Assembly (NCBI GenBank): GCA_963695875.1
Contig: CAVOID010000015.1
Location: 18,243-82,242 of the forward strand
Direction of reading: 5' to 3'
Length of the DNA stretch: 64,000 nucleotides
From: an uncultured delta proteobacterium
Lineage (GTDB): Bacteria; Desulfobacterota; Syntrophia; Syntrophales; UBA2185
Part shown: positions 42,131 to 53,197 of the stretch, one piece after another
How the letters are laid out: each line of letters starts with the position of its first letter
Numbering within the stretch: position 1 is the stretch's first letter
Made by a program: the position numbers and the translations under genes
The notes under the pieces: model-generated
What the model saw: the letters and a program-made list of their open reading frames with translations, nothing else
Databases searched by the model: none
Told to the model about the DNA's origin: nothing

Positions 42131-43488
42131 CTATACCTTGATCAACATCGCATCACCCTGGGCATGACCCGAACATATTCCGCATATTCCTATACCACCG
42201 CCTCTACGCCGCAGTTCATAGGCCAGCGTCATGACGATTCTGGCGCCCGTAGCGCCGATCGGGTGGCCATATGCAATAGCACTTCCGTTCACATTGATCC
42301 TCTTGAACATGTCTTCTTTAGTCATTCCCAGAATACTTCGCGCACTTACGAGCACTACAGCTGCAAATGCCTCATTGATCTCGATGAGGTCAATCTTATC
42401 GAGTGTCATATCATTCTGCTCCAGAATCTTCTTGATGGAGAGCCCCGGTACCGTTGCTATATCCTTCGGAGGCTGAGAGACCTCGGCGTAATCAAGTATG
42501 GTAAACAGAGGCTTTATCTCCAGTTCATCAGCCTTTTCCCTGCTCATAACCAGACAGACATCACCGCCGTCATTCACGCCCGGCGCATTACCGGCTGTAA
42601 CACTGCCAGGATCTACCGGTAACGGGACTTTTATGGTTGAAAACCGGCGGCAGTTTGGCCAAGCCTTCCATGGTCGTTTCCGGCCGCGGACCTTCATCTT
42701 TATCAAAGATGATTATCTTTTTCCCCTGTTTTACCTCGACAGGAAATATCTCATCATCCAGCTTCCCCGTCTTCATGGCCTCCACAGCTGCCATCTGCGA
42801 ACGCAGAGCCCACTCATCCTGATCCTGCCGTGTAATTCCGAATTCATCACCCACTTCCGAGCCGTGAACAGCCATATGCCGGTTATAGAAAGCATCCCAC
42901 AGGCCGTCGTAAACCGTCAAATCGATGACTGACCGACCGGGAAGGCCCATCCTCACGCCCCATCTCATTTCGGGAAGAGCATACGGACCATTGCTCATGC
43001 TTTCCTGGCCTCCGGCAACGCAAATCTCAGCCCTTCCCAGTTGAATCATCTGGACCGCCAGATCGATTGGTTTGATGCCCGAAGAACATACCTTGTTGAT
43101 TGTAATGGAGGGAACGGATTCCGGAAGACCCGCCAGAATTGTCGCCTGCCGGCTGGGAATCTGCCCGCAACCGGCGGGTACAACCTGCCCCATGAAGACA
43201 TAATCCACATCCGAAGGCTTGACCTTTCCGTTTGTCCGCCTGAGAACCTCCTTAATTGCCAGAGCTCCCAGTTCGGGAGCGGTAAAGTCCTTCAGCGCTC
43301 CGCCGAATCTGCCGTACGGCGTCCGGCATGCCTCTACGACGACAACTTCTCTGAAATTTCCTGTACTGATTTTTTATCTTCCGCCCCATTGTCGAAAAAT
43401 CCGGCTTTCTCTGACCGAATTTTGCGATTGGCGCATTTGCATACATCTCCGCCCTGGTTTTTTCCAGTTTCTGCGGTACCTTATCCAT
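42131..43488 (-). CDS. Thiolase (frameshifts near 43357 and 42600)
   Basis: ACRTPYGRFGG, NKVCSSG, VTAGNAPGVNDG, NEAF, GHPIGATG; RBS AAGGGGG at 43488. Confidence 0.88.
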
Positions 43489-43697
43489 TCCTTCCCCCTT
43501 GATTTTACCTTATTAGGTCTTTATATAAGTAGCAGAAGAGATCCTCAGATGCGAATCAAAGCTTTATTCGATAGCTGTGCTATGCAACTGTGTATTTTTA
43601 TAGGCTTTTTGCTTCCATCACATGCTCGAAAAAATATTTTGAGCCGCGACGAATCCCTTCTGCAAGACTTCCCTAATATCAGATGCCGGTAATTAGA

Positions 43698-44857
43698 CTA
43701 TTTCAGACTGTTTAAAATATCTCTGGCAATAATCATTCTTTGTATCTGGTTGGTTCCCTCATAGATTAACGTAATCCGGACATCCCTTGCGTAACGTTCA
43801 ACGGGGAATTCTTTGGTGTATCCATACCCCCCAAGCATCTGTATAGCATTGAAACACGCCCTATCCGCTGCTTCCGTCGCGTAATACTTTGCCATGGATG
43901 CTTCTCTTGCAAAGGGTTTGCCTGTCTCTTTTTTATACGCGGCATTCATAAGGAGGAGCCTCGCCGCCTCCAGCTCCGTATAGGATTCCGCAATCATCCA
44001 CTGGATAGCCTGAAAATTCGTTATCGGCTGGTCAAACTGCTTTCTATCCATGGCATATCGTGTGGCATAATCCATCGCAGCAAGTCCGATACCCAAGACC
44101 AAGAGATCCGATACCGATACGTCCACCCGCCAGTTCCCCCGTGGCTGTCTTGAAACCGCCGTTCAATTTCCCCATAAGGGCCGATTTCGGTATCCGACAG
44201 TCTTCAAAGATGAGTTCGTTTGTCACAGAAGCGCACTGCCCCATTTTATGCTCTTCTCTTCCAACGGTGAGACCGGGGATGCCATTTTCCACCAGAAACG
44301 TGCTGATGCCGCTGCCCTTTTTTGCTGTCTTATCGGTCACTGCCCAGACAACGAACACACCCGCATATTCAGCGCTGGTAATGAACATCTTATTACCGTT
44401 AAGAACCCATTGATTTCCATCAAGGACAGCAGAGGTCTGGAGCGCGGCAGCATCGGAACCCGCCACGGTTTCAGTCAAACCAAATCCACCGGCATAGTAT
44501 TCACCCGAGCAAATCTTCGGGATGTACAACATTTTCTGCTCTTCGGAGCCAATAGCCTGAATTACCTCACAGACCATGTTATTGACCGACATGGTCACTG
44601 CCGTAGAAGCACAGGCCCTTGCAATCTCTGTGACCGCCAGACTGAAGGCCACAACACCTGCTTCAGAGCCTCCATATTCGACTCTTCACATTGATGCCCA
44701 TCAAACCGAGCTCGGCAAGTTTCCTTAAATTTTTCAAGAAGGTTTCACGATCGCCAACTTGGTCCAGCTTTGCCGCTACAGGCTCAAGCTCCGTCTTTGC
44801 GAAGCGCCTTGCTGTGTCTTGAATGATTATTTGCTCTTCTATCAGTTCTAAATTCGT
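43698..44857 (-). CDS. Second acyl-CoA dehydrogenase (frameshifts near 44680 and 44095; start codon reads ACG)
   Basis: NLELIEEQIIIQDTARRFA, LTETVAGSD, GGYGYTKEF, IYEGTNQIQR. Confidence 0.85.
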
Positions 44858-44897
44858 AGCTCTTCCCCCTCTCTTCTATTAATCTATAATATATTGT

Positions 44898-44931
44898 ATC
44901 CCTTGCTTCACCTTCAGGCAAAGCAAGGGAT
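44898..44931. terminator. Hairpin downstream of the CoA-transferase beta gene
   Basis: ATCCCTTGCTT-N12-AAGCAAGGGAT. Confidence 0.55.
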
Positions 44932-44938
44932 GCATTTT

Positions 44939-45844
44939 TCATTTTTCAATAATAGCCTTGATCACAGGCGGATATTCCGTCTTTGCAGGCAGGAAGATCA
45001 GCTCCGGATCAACAAACTCTCTGAGGACGAATAGTTCTTTGTAAGTCGGATTTGGCGTTTCACCCTTAACTTTTGAAACATTCAAGTCAAACCCGCAATT
45101 TTCTTTGACCTTCTCCACAGTGACACTGGGGTGTAAGGTTTCCAGGTAGATGATTCCCTCTTTATCAAACCGGTATACGCCCATATTGGTCACTACTCCC
45201 ACCGGCCCACAGTCCGCATAGGGCGTCCCTTTCCAGACTTCCTTCTTCGGTTTCCATTCCCTTGTCTTGAAATCCCAGCACCACCAGCCCGGTGTTGTGG
45301 TATAATCATTCCTCTCCAGAAACCTCCTTTTCTCCTGGAGGATGATGTAGGCGACCCTTTTCGACATGGTTCCTATGTCGGAATTTCCTCCGGAACCTGT
45401 GAAGCGGTGTGCCGGGGCATAGTAATCACCGATCGATGTAACATTCACGCCGCCGTATTTGTCGATAGCGGCGCCTCCGAGGAACCCCAGGGTCACAAAA
45501 CCCTGCTGCAAATAATACCCAAAGGTATCCACCAATCCTCCAAGGGTGGAACACATATTGGCCGCCCTCTGGTCACTCACAGACATGGGCACATGCATGG
45601 TTTTCCCGTCACATATCCCGGATTCGTAGATCAACACCGCATTCGGTGCATTCAGCATATTGGCCGCCATAATCCCCACCATGGGAAGTCCCGTACCGGC
45701 AAAGACGACATCATCGTTCAGAACCTCATGAGCAATGGCAATCGCCATTAATTCGGGCAGAATAAATTCACCTGCCTTTGCTTTCTCATCGGGCATCTTA
45801 TCGATTAACTCCATCAATTCTTCCATCGATTTAGCCATTTTCAT
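44939..45844 (-). CDS. Family I CoA-transferase beta subunit (GctB-like)
   Basis: FAGTGLP, LIYESG (catalytic Glu), GFLGGAAIDKYG.VN, GSGG. Confidence 0.88.
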   Translation of the reverse strand: MKMAKSMEELMELIDKMPDEKAKAGEFILPELMAIAIAHEVLNDDVVFAGTGLPMVGIMAANMLNAPNAVLIYESGICDGKTMHVPMSVSDQRAANMCSTLGGLVDTFGYYLQQGFVTLGFLGGAAIDKYGGVNVTSIGDYYAPAHRFTGSGGNSDIGTMSKRVAYIILQEKRRFLERNDYTTTPGWWCWDFKTREWKPKKEVWKGTPYADCGPVGVVTNMGVYRFDKEGIIYLETLHPSVTVEKVKENCGFDLNVSKVKGETPNPTYKELFVLREFVDPELIFLPAKTEYPPVIKAIIEK

Positions 45845-45858
45845 TTCCCCCCTTTCCT

Positions 45859-46915
45859 TTAATAACCACTTCGAGCTACGGATAAAGGCATCTTCATCCT
45901 GGGCGCCGGGTTCTTTCCCCGCATCATCCTGGTGCTGTATCCGGTGGTGCTGTCCGCTTTGAGAGACAACAGTTTCTTTGCACCGAGCTTCACAACGAAG
46001 TCTTCCCAGCTCTTCGGACCAAAGACCCATTCATCGAGCCATTTTTTCAAATCCTCTGCGTTTCTTGATGCTTTATCCATCTCCCTCATAAACGGTGCGT
46101 CATAGTCATAATAGAAAGGGACACCGCTCGGAAAGGCTCCCCAGGGCACTTCCACAATGGCATCAACGGTAAAGAAGGGAATCTGATTGGCTTCAGGTTC
46201 CTTCCTCATCTCCGCCTCGGGAACGATCTCTTCGGCAGTGATGACAACCTTGTCGCAGGCAAAGGCGATTTCCTTATCAATCGTACCTACACCGCGCCAC
46301 CGCGCCGTACCCTTATCACCCACCTGTGATACGTGGATGATTGCCAGTTCGGGCCTCGCTGCGGGAAGAAGGACAACATCCCCATCGCCAAAGAAGGGTT
46401 CTTCAATCTGTATGAATTTTTTCTTCGAAATTCTCGGATTCTTACCGGTTCTGAGACCTGCTTTCCCCAGTGCATCATAGTCCGGATTGTAGAGGTCCGA
46501 TCCCAATGGTGCATAATAGGGAATGAATGGCGCTCCGATGGCGCCGGCAAGGAATCTCATGGCCATGGAGCCGTGAGAGTAATCCTCAAGGATTATCTTT
46601 CCTGCCTTGTAGATCCTTTCCATGTTGATGTCGAGTTTTCCCGCCATCTCCCCCCAGCCCATCCAGTCGGTTTCATAAATCTTAATGGCGCCGACGGTAT
46701 TAAGGAGCCAGGTGCAGCAACTGCCATGCCTGTCGATAACATGCAGGTCTTTGAATCCCTGCCTTACTGTCTCCCAGGCAAAGGCCATCGGATTTCTGTT
46801 AAACCCCGTAAACCCGCTGAAGGCACACCTGGATTCCGTTATGCATGTATTTCTTGACTGCTTGTTCAAGGGTCATAATTTCAGCTTTTTTAGCTTTTCC
46901 GCGAATTCTCGCCAT
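45859..46915 (-). CDS. Family I CoA-transferase alpha subunit (GctA-like; frameshift near 46825)
   Basis: IMTLEQAVKKY, EDYSHG..RFLAGAIGAPF..LGSDL, ITAEEIV, PWGAFP. Confidence 0.88.
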
Positions 46916-47009
46916 AACTTCCTCCTTTCAAAAAAACATTACCAATTCGCACACCCTTCTCGTTACCAGAATCACAATCTCTGTACATGAGCAACATAGT
47001 CTTCAATAT

Positions 47010-47041
47010 GAGGTAAAGGGGACCTAAATCCCCTTTACCTC
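47010..47041. terminator. Perfect 13-bp hairpin
   Basis: GAGGTAAAGGGGA-cctaaa-TCCCCTTTACCTC. Confidence 0.6.
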
Positions 47042-47050
47042 CAATATTAT

Positions 47051-48343
47051 TTAGTGATGCTCATCATGAACATAGAAGGGCCATTTGTGGAAGAACCACT
47101 CGTTCCAGAGAAGCGGGATGATCCACCAGAAGTTCCAGATGAGGGATTCACCACCTGATCAATCTTGCAGCAATATCGTGCTCCATGTGGTGATTGCCCA
47201 GTCCCCAGTGACCGAAGTTGACGTAGTAGAACAAATAATAATTGATAACTGTCAGCACAAGCACACCGAACGTTCTGAACCAGAAGGCACCCCAGGAATC
47301 TACATCCTTCTGCGGGCACATATCATCGAAATAATGGTGCCACTGGAGGAACGGAATCAGGGTCATACCGGCAATCTCCGCTGCATGTATCCACAGGAAG
47401 CGCGCCGGGTTCCCCTTGTCCCCCGCCGGCAGATGCATGAATGACATCGATCCATGTTCGCCCAAAGCGGAATGCCGTTATAACAAATCAGGGCTATTGC
47501 ATATCCACCCACAACGGTTAAACAAAAGGAAATTATACCTTTCCAGGGCTGAGGCAGCTTAATGAGCGTCCAGGGTTTCATGCGCCAGACGTTCGGCGTC
47601 ATGAAGAGGATGATGATCATCCACTCCCACCAGCCGAAGACCCAATACACATGGGGAGTGCCACCAGACAGACCGACCCACCAGGGAGTGTTGAATCCAA
47701 TAGAATTACCGAACATCTTGCCCCAGACCAGACCAAAGAAGGGAACGATAAGAACGACATAGAAGAAAAGTGTGAGTAAGCTGCACCAGCCGATCTCGGC
47801 GAGACCGGCGGCAGGCTGCTCAAGGTTGCTGGGACGGATCGGCCATTTGCCAAAGTAGATCGTCACAAAGGGATATGAGAAGAATCCGATCAGAACAAAT
47901 CCCACGATTGCACTCTGGGCAAGGTGCGCTTTTTGCATTACCTCCAAGGTAATTATTTTCCCGTCGGGCAACACTATCGCCCCTGCGGCTGCCAGTGCAT
48001 TAATATTGGATTGGCTCAAGAAATTGAACCCTAAACCAAAAATCCGATAAAAAATCACTTCGATAACAAACCATGTGAGGGCCGCGTTCACGATGGTCAT
48101 GACAACGCCTCTGACGACGGGCGACAACTTCTGAAAGGGCCAGTCACCCAAAAACATGTGCTGCCATAACCCCACCAGAATCATCACGGCGAGTATCATA
48201 ACCATCGGGTAAGGAAACCAACCTACGGGCCCACGAGGATCGCTCAAAATATACCAGGTAATCCACGCGATCAGAAAAAAAGCTATGGTAGAAATAATGC
48301 CTGTCATGGGTTGCCCCCAACGAGGCCGTAATGCTCCTGCCAT
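47051..48343 (-). CDS. Trp/Pro-rich multi-pass membrane protein, putative transporter (frameshifted 3' part)
   Basis: Many TM helices with repeated WPF/WPI/KPW-QP motifs; ends WNEWFFHKWPFYVHDEHH; RBS AGGAGG. Confidence 0.7.
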
Positions 48344-48789
48344 AATGTCATCCTCCTTTTTTAATTCTTAATGACTTTGCTTAGTTGCTTACATCTTCCT
48401 GAACCTGTTTGCCGCAATTCGTCTTTAAGTTGATTATCACCTCCTTCACTATTATTGAGAAACCTAATTATTACCCCTTTGAATGTCCTAAATAAATTCC
48501 CGTTGTCCATAAGTTTCCCTTAAATTATTATTAAAGAGGCCATGGACATCCACCCGTGGTCTCAAAAAACACTCAGCTATCATTGATCTCCTAAAAATGA
48601 ATAGGCGAGAATCACCACATTTCCAAGGAACAGGATTTCTTCATTAAACAGTACGCTTTAATTACGTCTTTCTCCTGATTGTTAAATTAATTTTAGAAAC
48701 TCTTTCATTTTATAAGAATTTTTATAAGAATGGAGCCAAAAAGACAATATTAAAAGATTAGTAAGTAATATTAAAAAATGATTAATATT

Positions 48790-51700
48790 TTAGATTAGCG
48801 ATGATAGGTAAGACCGAAGATTATGCTTTTTTGTTAGGCTTAGTTTACGTCTGATATGATAACGGTATACGTTGACTGCACTTTCAGAAACATTCAGGAA
48901 TGATGCTATCTCTTTAGTAGTTTTCCCCTCATTGATAAGATTGGCGATCTGCACTTCTCTATTGGTAAGATTCAAATATTTGACTGACAATTTCTGTGCA
49001 AAGGGGGATACGATGTCTTTTAAATTAGATTCGAGGACATTGATATAAGACATGCCCTTCAGATCCAAATGGTTTTTCATTTTTTCTATTTGGGGCAGAA
49101 TAAGTACCTTTACGTTAGACAACACCTTTTGTTCGAGCTCGCTTCTATCCTCCTCTCTCTGTTTCAGCAAAACTCTTAGGGCAGCGTTCAGGTCTTCAAG
49201 CTCAAGCGTCTTGGTCTCAAGCTCGTTTTCCCTATTCTCCAGCGCTTCCTCCGCCTGCTTGCGCTCGGTAATATCGCGGATCGACTCAATAGCACCCACG
49301 ATGTCACCTTTGCTATCATAGAGGGGACTTGCCTTTGCCCAGAGAAAGGCCCTTCTCCACTTTAAAAAGGGAACCCACGTTTCCACGATCAGGAGATCCT
49401 TCTCCTTCTTGAGAATAGAATAATAACTCCGCTCAATTTTTTTATCCGGCTTCAGCACCAGATCAAGCAAGATAGGCCTTCGTATACTATAAAACGGCAG
49501 GGCATACTCATAGTCCCCTTTGCCCAGCATGTCGGAAGCCTTAACTCCCGTCATTTCCTCAATGGCACGATTCCAGGCAATAACCTTTCCCTGCCGGTCT
49601 ATTGCAAGCGTCGCATCGGGCAAAAAATCTATGATATCCGCTAATCGCCTCTCTGATTCTCTCAGCGCCTCCTCCGCCTGCTTGCGCTTGGTGATATCTT
49701 TCCCTATGCCCAGGACCACATTCTTACCCTGCCAAGTCGTCGGTGTAATGGTCATTTCCATAAATTTGATCTTGCCACGGATGTAGTACTCAGCTTCCAC
49801 AGTGCCGCCCGATCTCCACAGGGCTTTATACAGCGCTCGCTCACGCCGTTCCTTGTTCGGAGCAAGGAAATCAAGCACATTTTTTGACAGAATTTCTTCC
49901 TGTGTACACTGGAAAAACTGAAGTGCTGCATTGTTGCAAGTGATATAATTACCCTCCGAATCGATGACTAGAATGGGATTTACCGTACTCTCAAACAACG
50001 TACGGTATCTTTCCTCACTCTCTCTTATTGCCTCTTCAGCCCGCTTGCGGTCGGTAATGTCCCGGACAACAATACATATTACGTCCCGGCCCCCCAGGTT
50101 AAACATACTCGTGGATGCTTCTACGGGAAACACTGTTTCGTCATTTTTCCTATGATATCGAAGCGGTACTCTGTGCATTTTCCCGGCGATAGTTATCTCT
50201 ATAGCTTTTTCTGATTCCTCCGGTTCCGCAGTGATATCTGCATATTTTAGCTTGAGAAATTCGCCCCTTGAGTAGCCATACAACCTTAAGGAGCTCTCAT
50301 TTACATCGATGATCCGGCGCGTTTCCGCGTCAAAAATAAAAATGGCATCCGGTACCGTTGTAAAAAGTTGCCGGTACTTTTCTTCACTCATTCGCAGCAA
50401 CTCATCCAGCTGCTTGCGTTCGGTGATGTCCCGGATCGACTCTATGGCGCCTACAACGTCACCCTTGCTGTCATAAAGGGGACTTGCCTTGGCCCAGAGC
50501 ACGTACTGTCCCCCTCTTAAAGGCACATCCGCTTCCGTCAAAAGTACATCCCCTTCTTTCCTGATAAAACGATACTCCTTTTCAACCTCTTCATCATATC
50601 CGAAAACCAGATCGATCAGTATGGGCCTCCTGGCACCATAAAACGGCAAGGAATATTCGTAATTGCCTCTCCCCAGCATCTCGGAAGCCTTAACCCCTGT
50701 CATTTCCTCAATGGCACGATTCCAGGCAATTACCCTTCCCTCTCTGTCGATCGCCAGAGTAGCATCCGGCAGAAAATCAATAATGTCAGCCAACCGTCTC
50801 TCCGATTCTCTCAGCGCTTCCTCCACCCTCTTGCGCTCTGTTATATCCTTGGAAACTACAGTTACGGCCGTAGTTATTCCATCAGGATCTTTAACCGGAC
50901 TTAATGTCCGAAGAAAGTATCTCCCATCTCTTCCGCTCCTGTGTTCATGTTGAACGGCCTGCCCTGTCTCGAAAATGCGTTTCACGATTTCTGTAAATTC
51001 TCTCGCATCCTCTTTGGAATGGAACTCTTTGTAAGACCTTCCTTCCATCTTGTCTAACGGAATACCAAACCTCAACAGATGTCCGTCATTCATGAACAGA
51101 TACCTGCAATCTTTGTCAACCAGATACATCAAATCAACGGTGGATGCGAGGGACCGGTATTTCTCCTCTGATTCCTGGATTATTCTTTCTGCCTTTTTGT
51201 GCTCGGTTATGTCCCTGATTGACTCAATGGCTCCTACGACGTCACCCTTGCTGTCGTAAAGGGGACTTGCCTTTGCCCAGAGCACATACTGTCCTCCCCC
51301 TAAAGGCACATCCGCTTCGGTCAATAGGACATCTCCCTCTTTTTTTATAAAACGATACTCCTTCTCAATCTCTTCATCATATCCGAACACCAGATCGATA
51401 AGTATGGGCCTGCGAATGCCGTAAAATGGCAAGGAATATTCGTGATTCCCTTTTCCCAGCATCTCGGAAGCCTTAACCCCCGTCATCTCCTCTATGGCGC
51501 GATTCCACGCAATAACCTTCCCCTTACGATCAATCGCCAGCGTTGCGTCAGGGAGAAAATCAATAATATACGCCAACCGCCTCTCCGATTCCCTCAGCGC
51601 CTCCTCGGCCTGCTTCCGCTCCGTAACGTCTATGGCATTACCTAAGATAGCCCGCCTGCCATTGTATTGAATCGGAGAGACTATTTGAATTATGAACCTG

Positions 51701-52056
51701 ATCTTGCCCTCTTTGGTCACCATTCTGAATTCATACGGCGAAGAGTCTCTACCCTGCAGCATCTCACGAGCCTTGTCCTTTACCATTTCCCTATCGGCCG
51801 GATGAACGATGATATCGGAATTCTGGCCTATGAGCTCTTCCGCAGTATAACCGGCATAAACAATAGCACTTGTGTTAATATAGCGGAATCTTCCATCCTG
51901 TACGATAAACGCGGCAGCTAATGATTTTTCTGTGAGGCTTCTAAAGAGCTGCTCATTCTCCCGGAGCTTTCCTTCCGCCTCCACACGCCCAGTGGATACT
52001 GTTTCCGGACTTGATGCTTTTTGAAGTGGATTTTTGCCAAATGGTTTTTCCGACAT
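48790..52056 (-). CDS. Multi-PAS LuxR-HTH regulator (about 7 PAS domains, three near-duplicate)
   Basis: Repeated DITERKQAEEAL; C-terminal LTNREVQIANLINEGKTTKEIA; paralog of 1495-2883. Confidence 0.93.
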   Translation of the reverse strand: MSEKPFGKNPLQKASSPETVSTGRVEAEGKLRENEQLFRSLTEKSLAAAFIVQDGRFRYINTSAIVYAGYTAEELIGQNSDIIVHPADREMVKDKAREMLQGRDSSPYEFRMVTKEGKIRFIIQIVSPIQYNGRRAILGNAIDVTERKQAEEALRESERRLAYIIDFLPDATLAIDRKGKVIAWNRAIEEMTGVKASEMLGKGNHEYSLPFYGIRRPILIDLVFGYDEEIEKEYRFIKKEGDVLLTEADVPLGGGQYVLWAKASPLYDSKGDVVGAIESIRDITEHKKAERIIQESEEKYRSLASTVDLMYLVDKDCRYLFMNDGHLLRFGIPLDKMEGRSYKEFHSKEDAREFTEIVKRIFETGQAVQHEHRSGRDGRYFLRTLSPVKDPDGITTAVTVVSKDITERKRVEEALRESERRLADIIDFLPDATLAIDREGRVIAWNRAIEEMTGVKASEMLGRGNYEYSLPFYGARRPILIDLVFGYDEEVEKEYRFIRKEGDVLLTEADVPLRGGQYVLWAKASPLYDSKGDVVGAIESIRDITERKQLDELLRMSEEKYRQLFTTVPDAIFIFDAETRRIIDVNESSLRLYGYSRGEFLKLKYADITAEPEESEKAIEITIAGKMHRVPLRYHRKNDETVFPVEASTSMFNLGGRDVICIVVRDITDRKRAEEAIRESEERYRTLFESTVNPILVIDSEGNYITCNNAALQFFQCTQEEILSKNVLDFLAPNKERRERALYKALWRSGGTVEAEYYIRGKIKFMEMTITPTTWQGKNVVLGIGKDITKRKQAEEALRESERRLADIIDFLPDATLAIDRQGKVIAWNRAIEEMTGVKASDMLGKGDYEYALPFYSIRRPILLDLVLKPDKKIERSYYSILKKEKDLLIVETWVPFLKWRRAFLWAKASPLYDSKGDIVGAIESIRDITERKQAEEALENRENELETKTLELEDLNAALRVLLKQREEDRSELEQKVLSNVKVLILPQIEKMKNHLDLKGMSYINVLESNLKDIVSPFAQKLSVKYLNLTNREVQIANLINEGKTTKEIASFLNVSESAVNVYRYHIRRKLSLTKKHNLRSYLSSLI

Positions 52057-52386
52057 TTATGATTCTCCATCTCCTAAAATCAACCATCCATTAGAAATGG
52101 CATTGTAAGAAGTATTATCCATGATAGCTTTATTGCCGCATACCTATATATTAAATATATATTTTTTAATTGTGGCTACAGGCTCCTTAGAGATGAAGCC
52201 GGAATCACTTTTTCTTCAATTGCAGGATGATATCCATTTAGAGTATTTTTAACGCAATTTGTCTCAAGAAGTAAAGATTTTTTACTCATAATTGACGGTA
52301 CCGGGAAAAGTCTCCCCGTTTCACACTAGTTTCCCATTACGGGGCATAGATAAATGTTCTTATAAAAAAAACAAATTGGATTATCA

Positions 52387-52415
52387 TTGACAACCCACCG
52401 TCTCTTTTCTATACT
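52387..52415 (+). promoter_or_regulatory. Sigma70 promoter
   Basis: TTGACA-17 nt-TATACT. Confidence 0.7.
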
Positions 52416-52557
52416 ATTCAACATAGCAGAAGCTGAATTTATGAAAGAAAATAAATATTAGTTCCAAAAATAAGGGTGCAGTTTGGCATGGAACCCCGGC
52501 GTAGCCCACAAAATACTATAAAGATGAACCACCAGGAAGAACTTAGAGACATAAATT

Positions 52558-52674
52558 TGAAGCTCTCCGGAGCAAGCTCCGGAGAATCTCCAATCCTTGA
52601 GGAAGAATCTTCAAACATGATTCACTCGCTTCCCCCGCAGCAAGCTACATGGAATGCGCTCGCTGTCGGATTCA
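52558..52674 (-). mobile_element. 117-bp two-hairpin miniature element (MITE/REP-like)
   Basis: TGAA..TTCA ends; perfect hairpin TCTCCGGAGC-AA-GCTCCGGAGA (52564-52585); second hairpin matches 10057-10111. Confidence 0.65.
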
Positions 52675-52873
52675 GGATTGATTGGCAGGGTTACAATACC
52701 GATGATCCCAGGACTCGCGAGGAAAGAGTTGATGTATCTCCTGCCGGCACTGAGGGAATCTTTATAGATCTGGAATCTCCCGAAAATGACTGTGAAAAGG
52801 CATAATGTAAATTATACCAATTGTCTCGCAATACCACAAAGAACAATATATCCAAGGGTACATTTTCGAGGGT

Positions 52874-53179
52874 ATGTCTATGTTTGAAGAAACCGCAGGA
52901 CTATGGATACGTGAAATGATCCAGGAATGCAAATTACAAGGGGACGACCAAGAATTCCTGAGGCAACTCACTGAAGATTACGCACGCCGACTTGAAGATA
53001 TTTTTTATTGTGAGGTTAGAAATAATTTAGAAAAATCAGGAAAGGTAGAGGAATTTGAAAGAATGCTGCTCTATGATAGTCAATATATAAATAAGTATTT
53101 GAACCAGCTTATTCCCGGTTACACAGGTTTTAAGGCAGATACCTTTGAAAAAGCAAAAAAGATGATCCTGGAAACTTGA
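52874..53179 (+). CDS. Hypothetical helical protein
   Basis: RBS GAGGG; co-directional with the downstream genes. Confidence 0.65.
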   Translation: MSMFEETAGLWIREMIQECKLQGDDQEFLRQLTEDYARRLEDIFYCEVRNNLEKSGKVEEFERMLLYDSQYINKYLNQLIPGYTGFKADTFEKAKKMILET

Positions 53180-53197
53180 AAGGCTGGGAAGGCATTC

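Noticed and set aside
45845..46030. N-terminal extension of the CoA-transferase beta ORF
   Set aside because: It overlaps the alpha-subunit 3' end; an RBS supports the start at 45844
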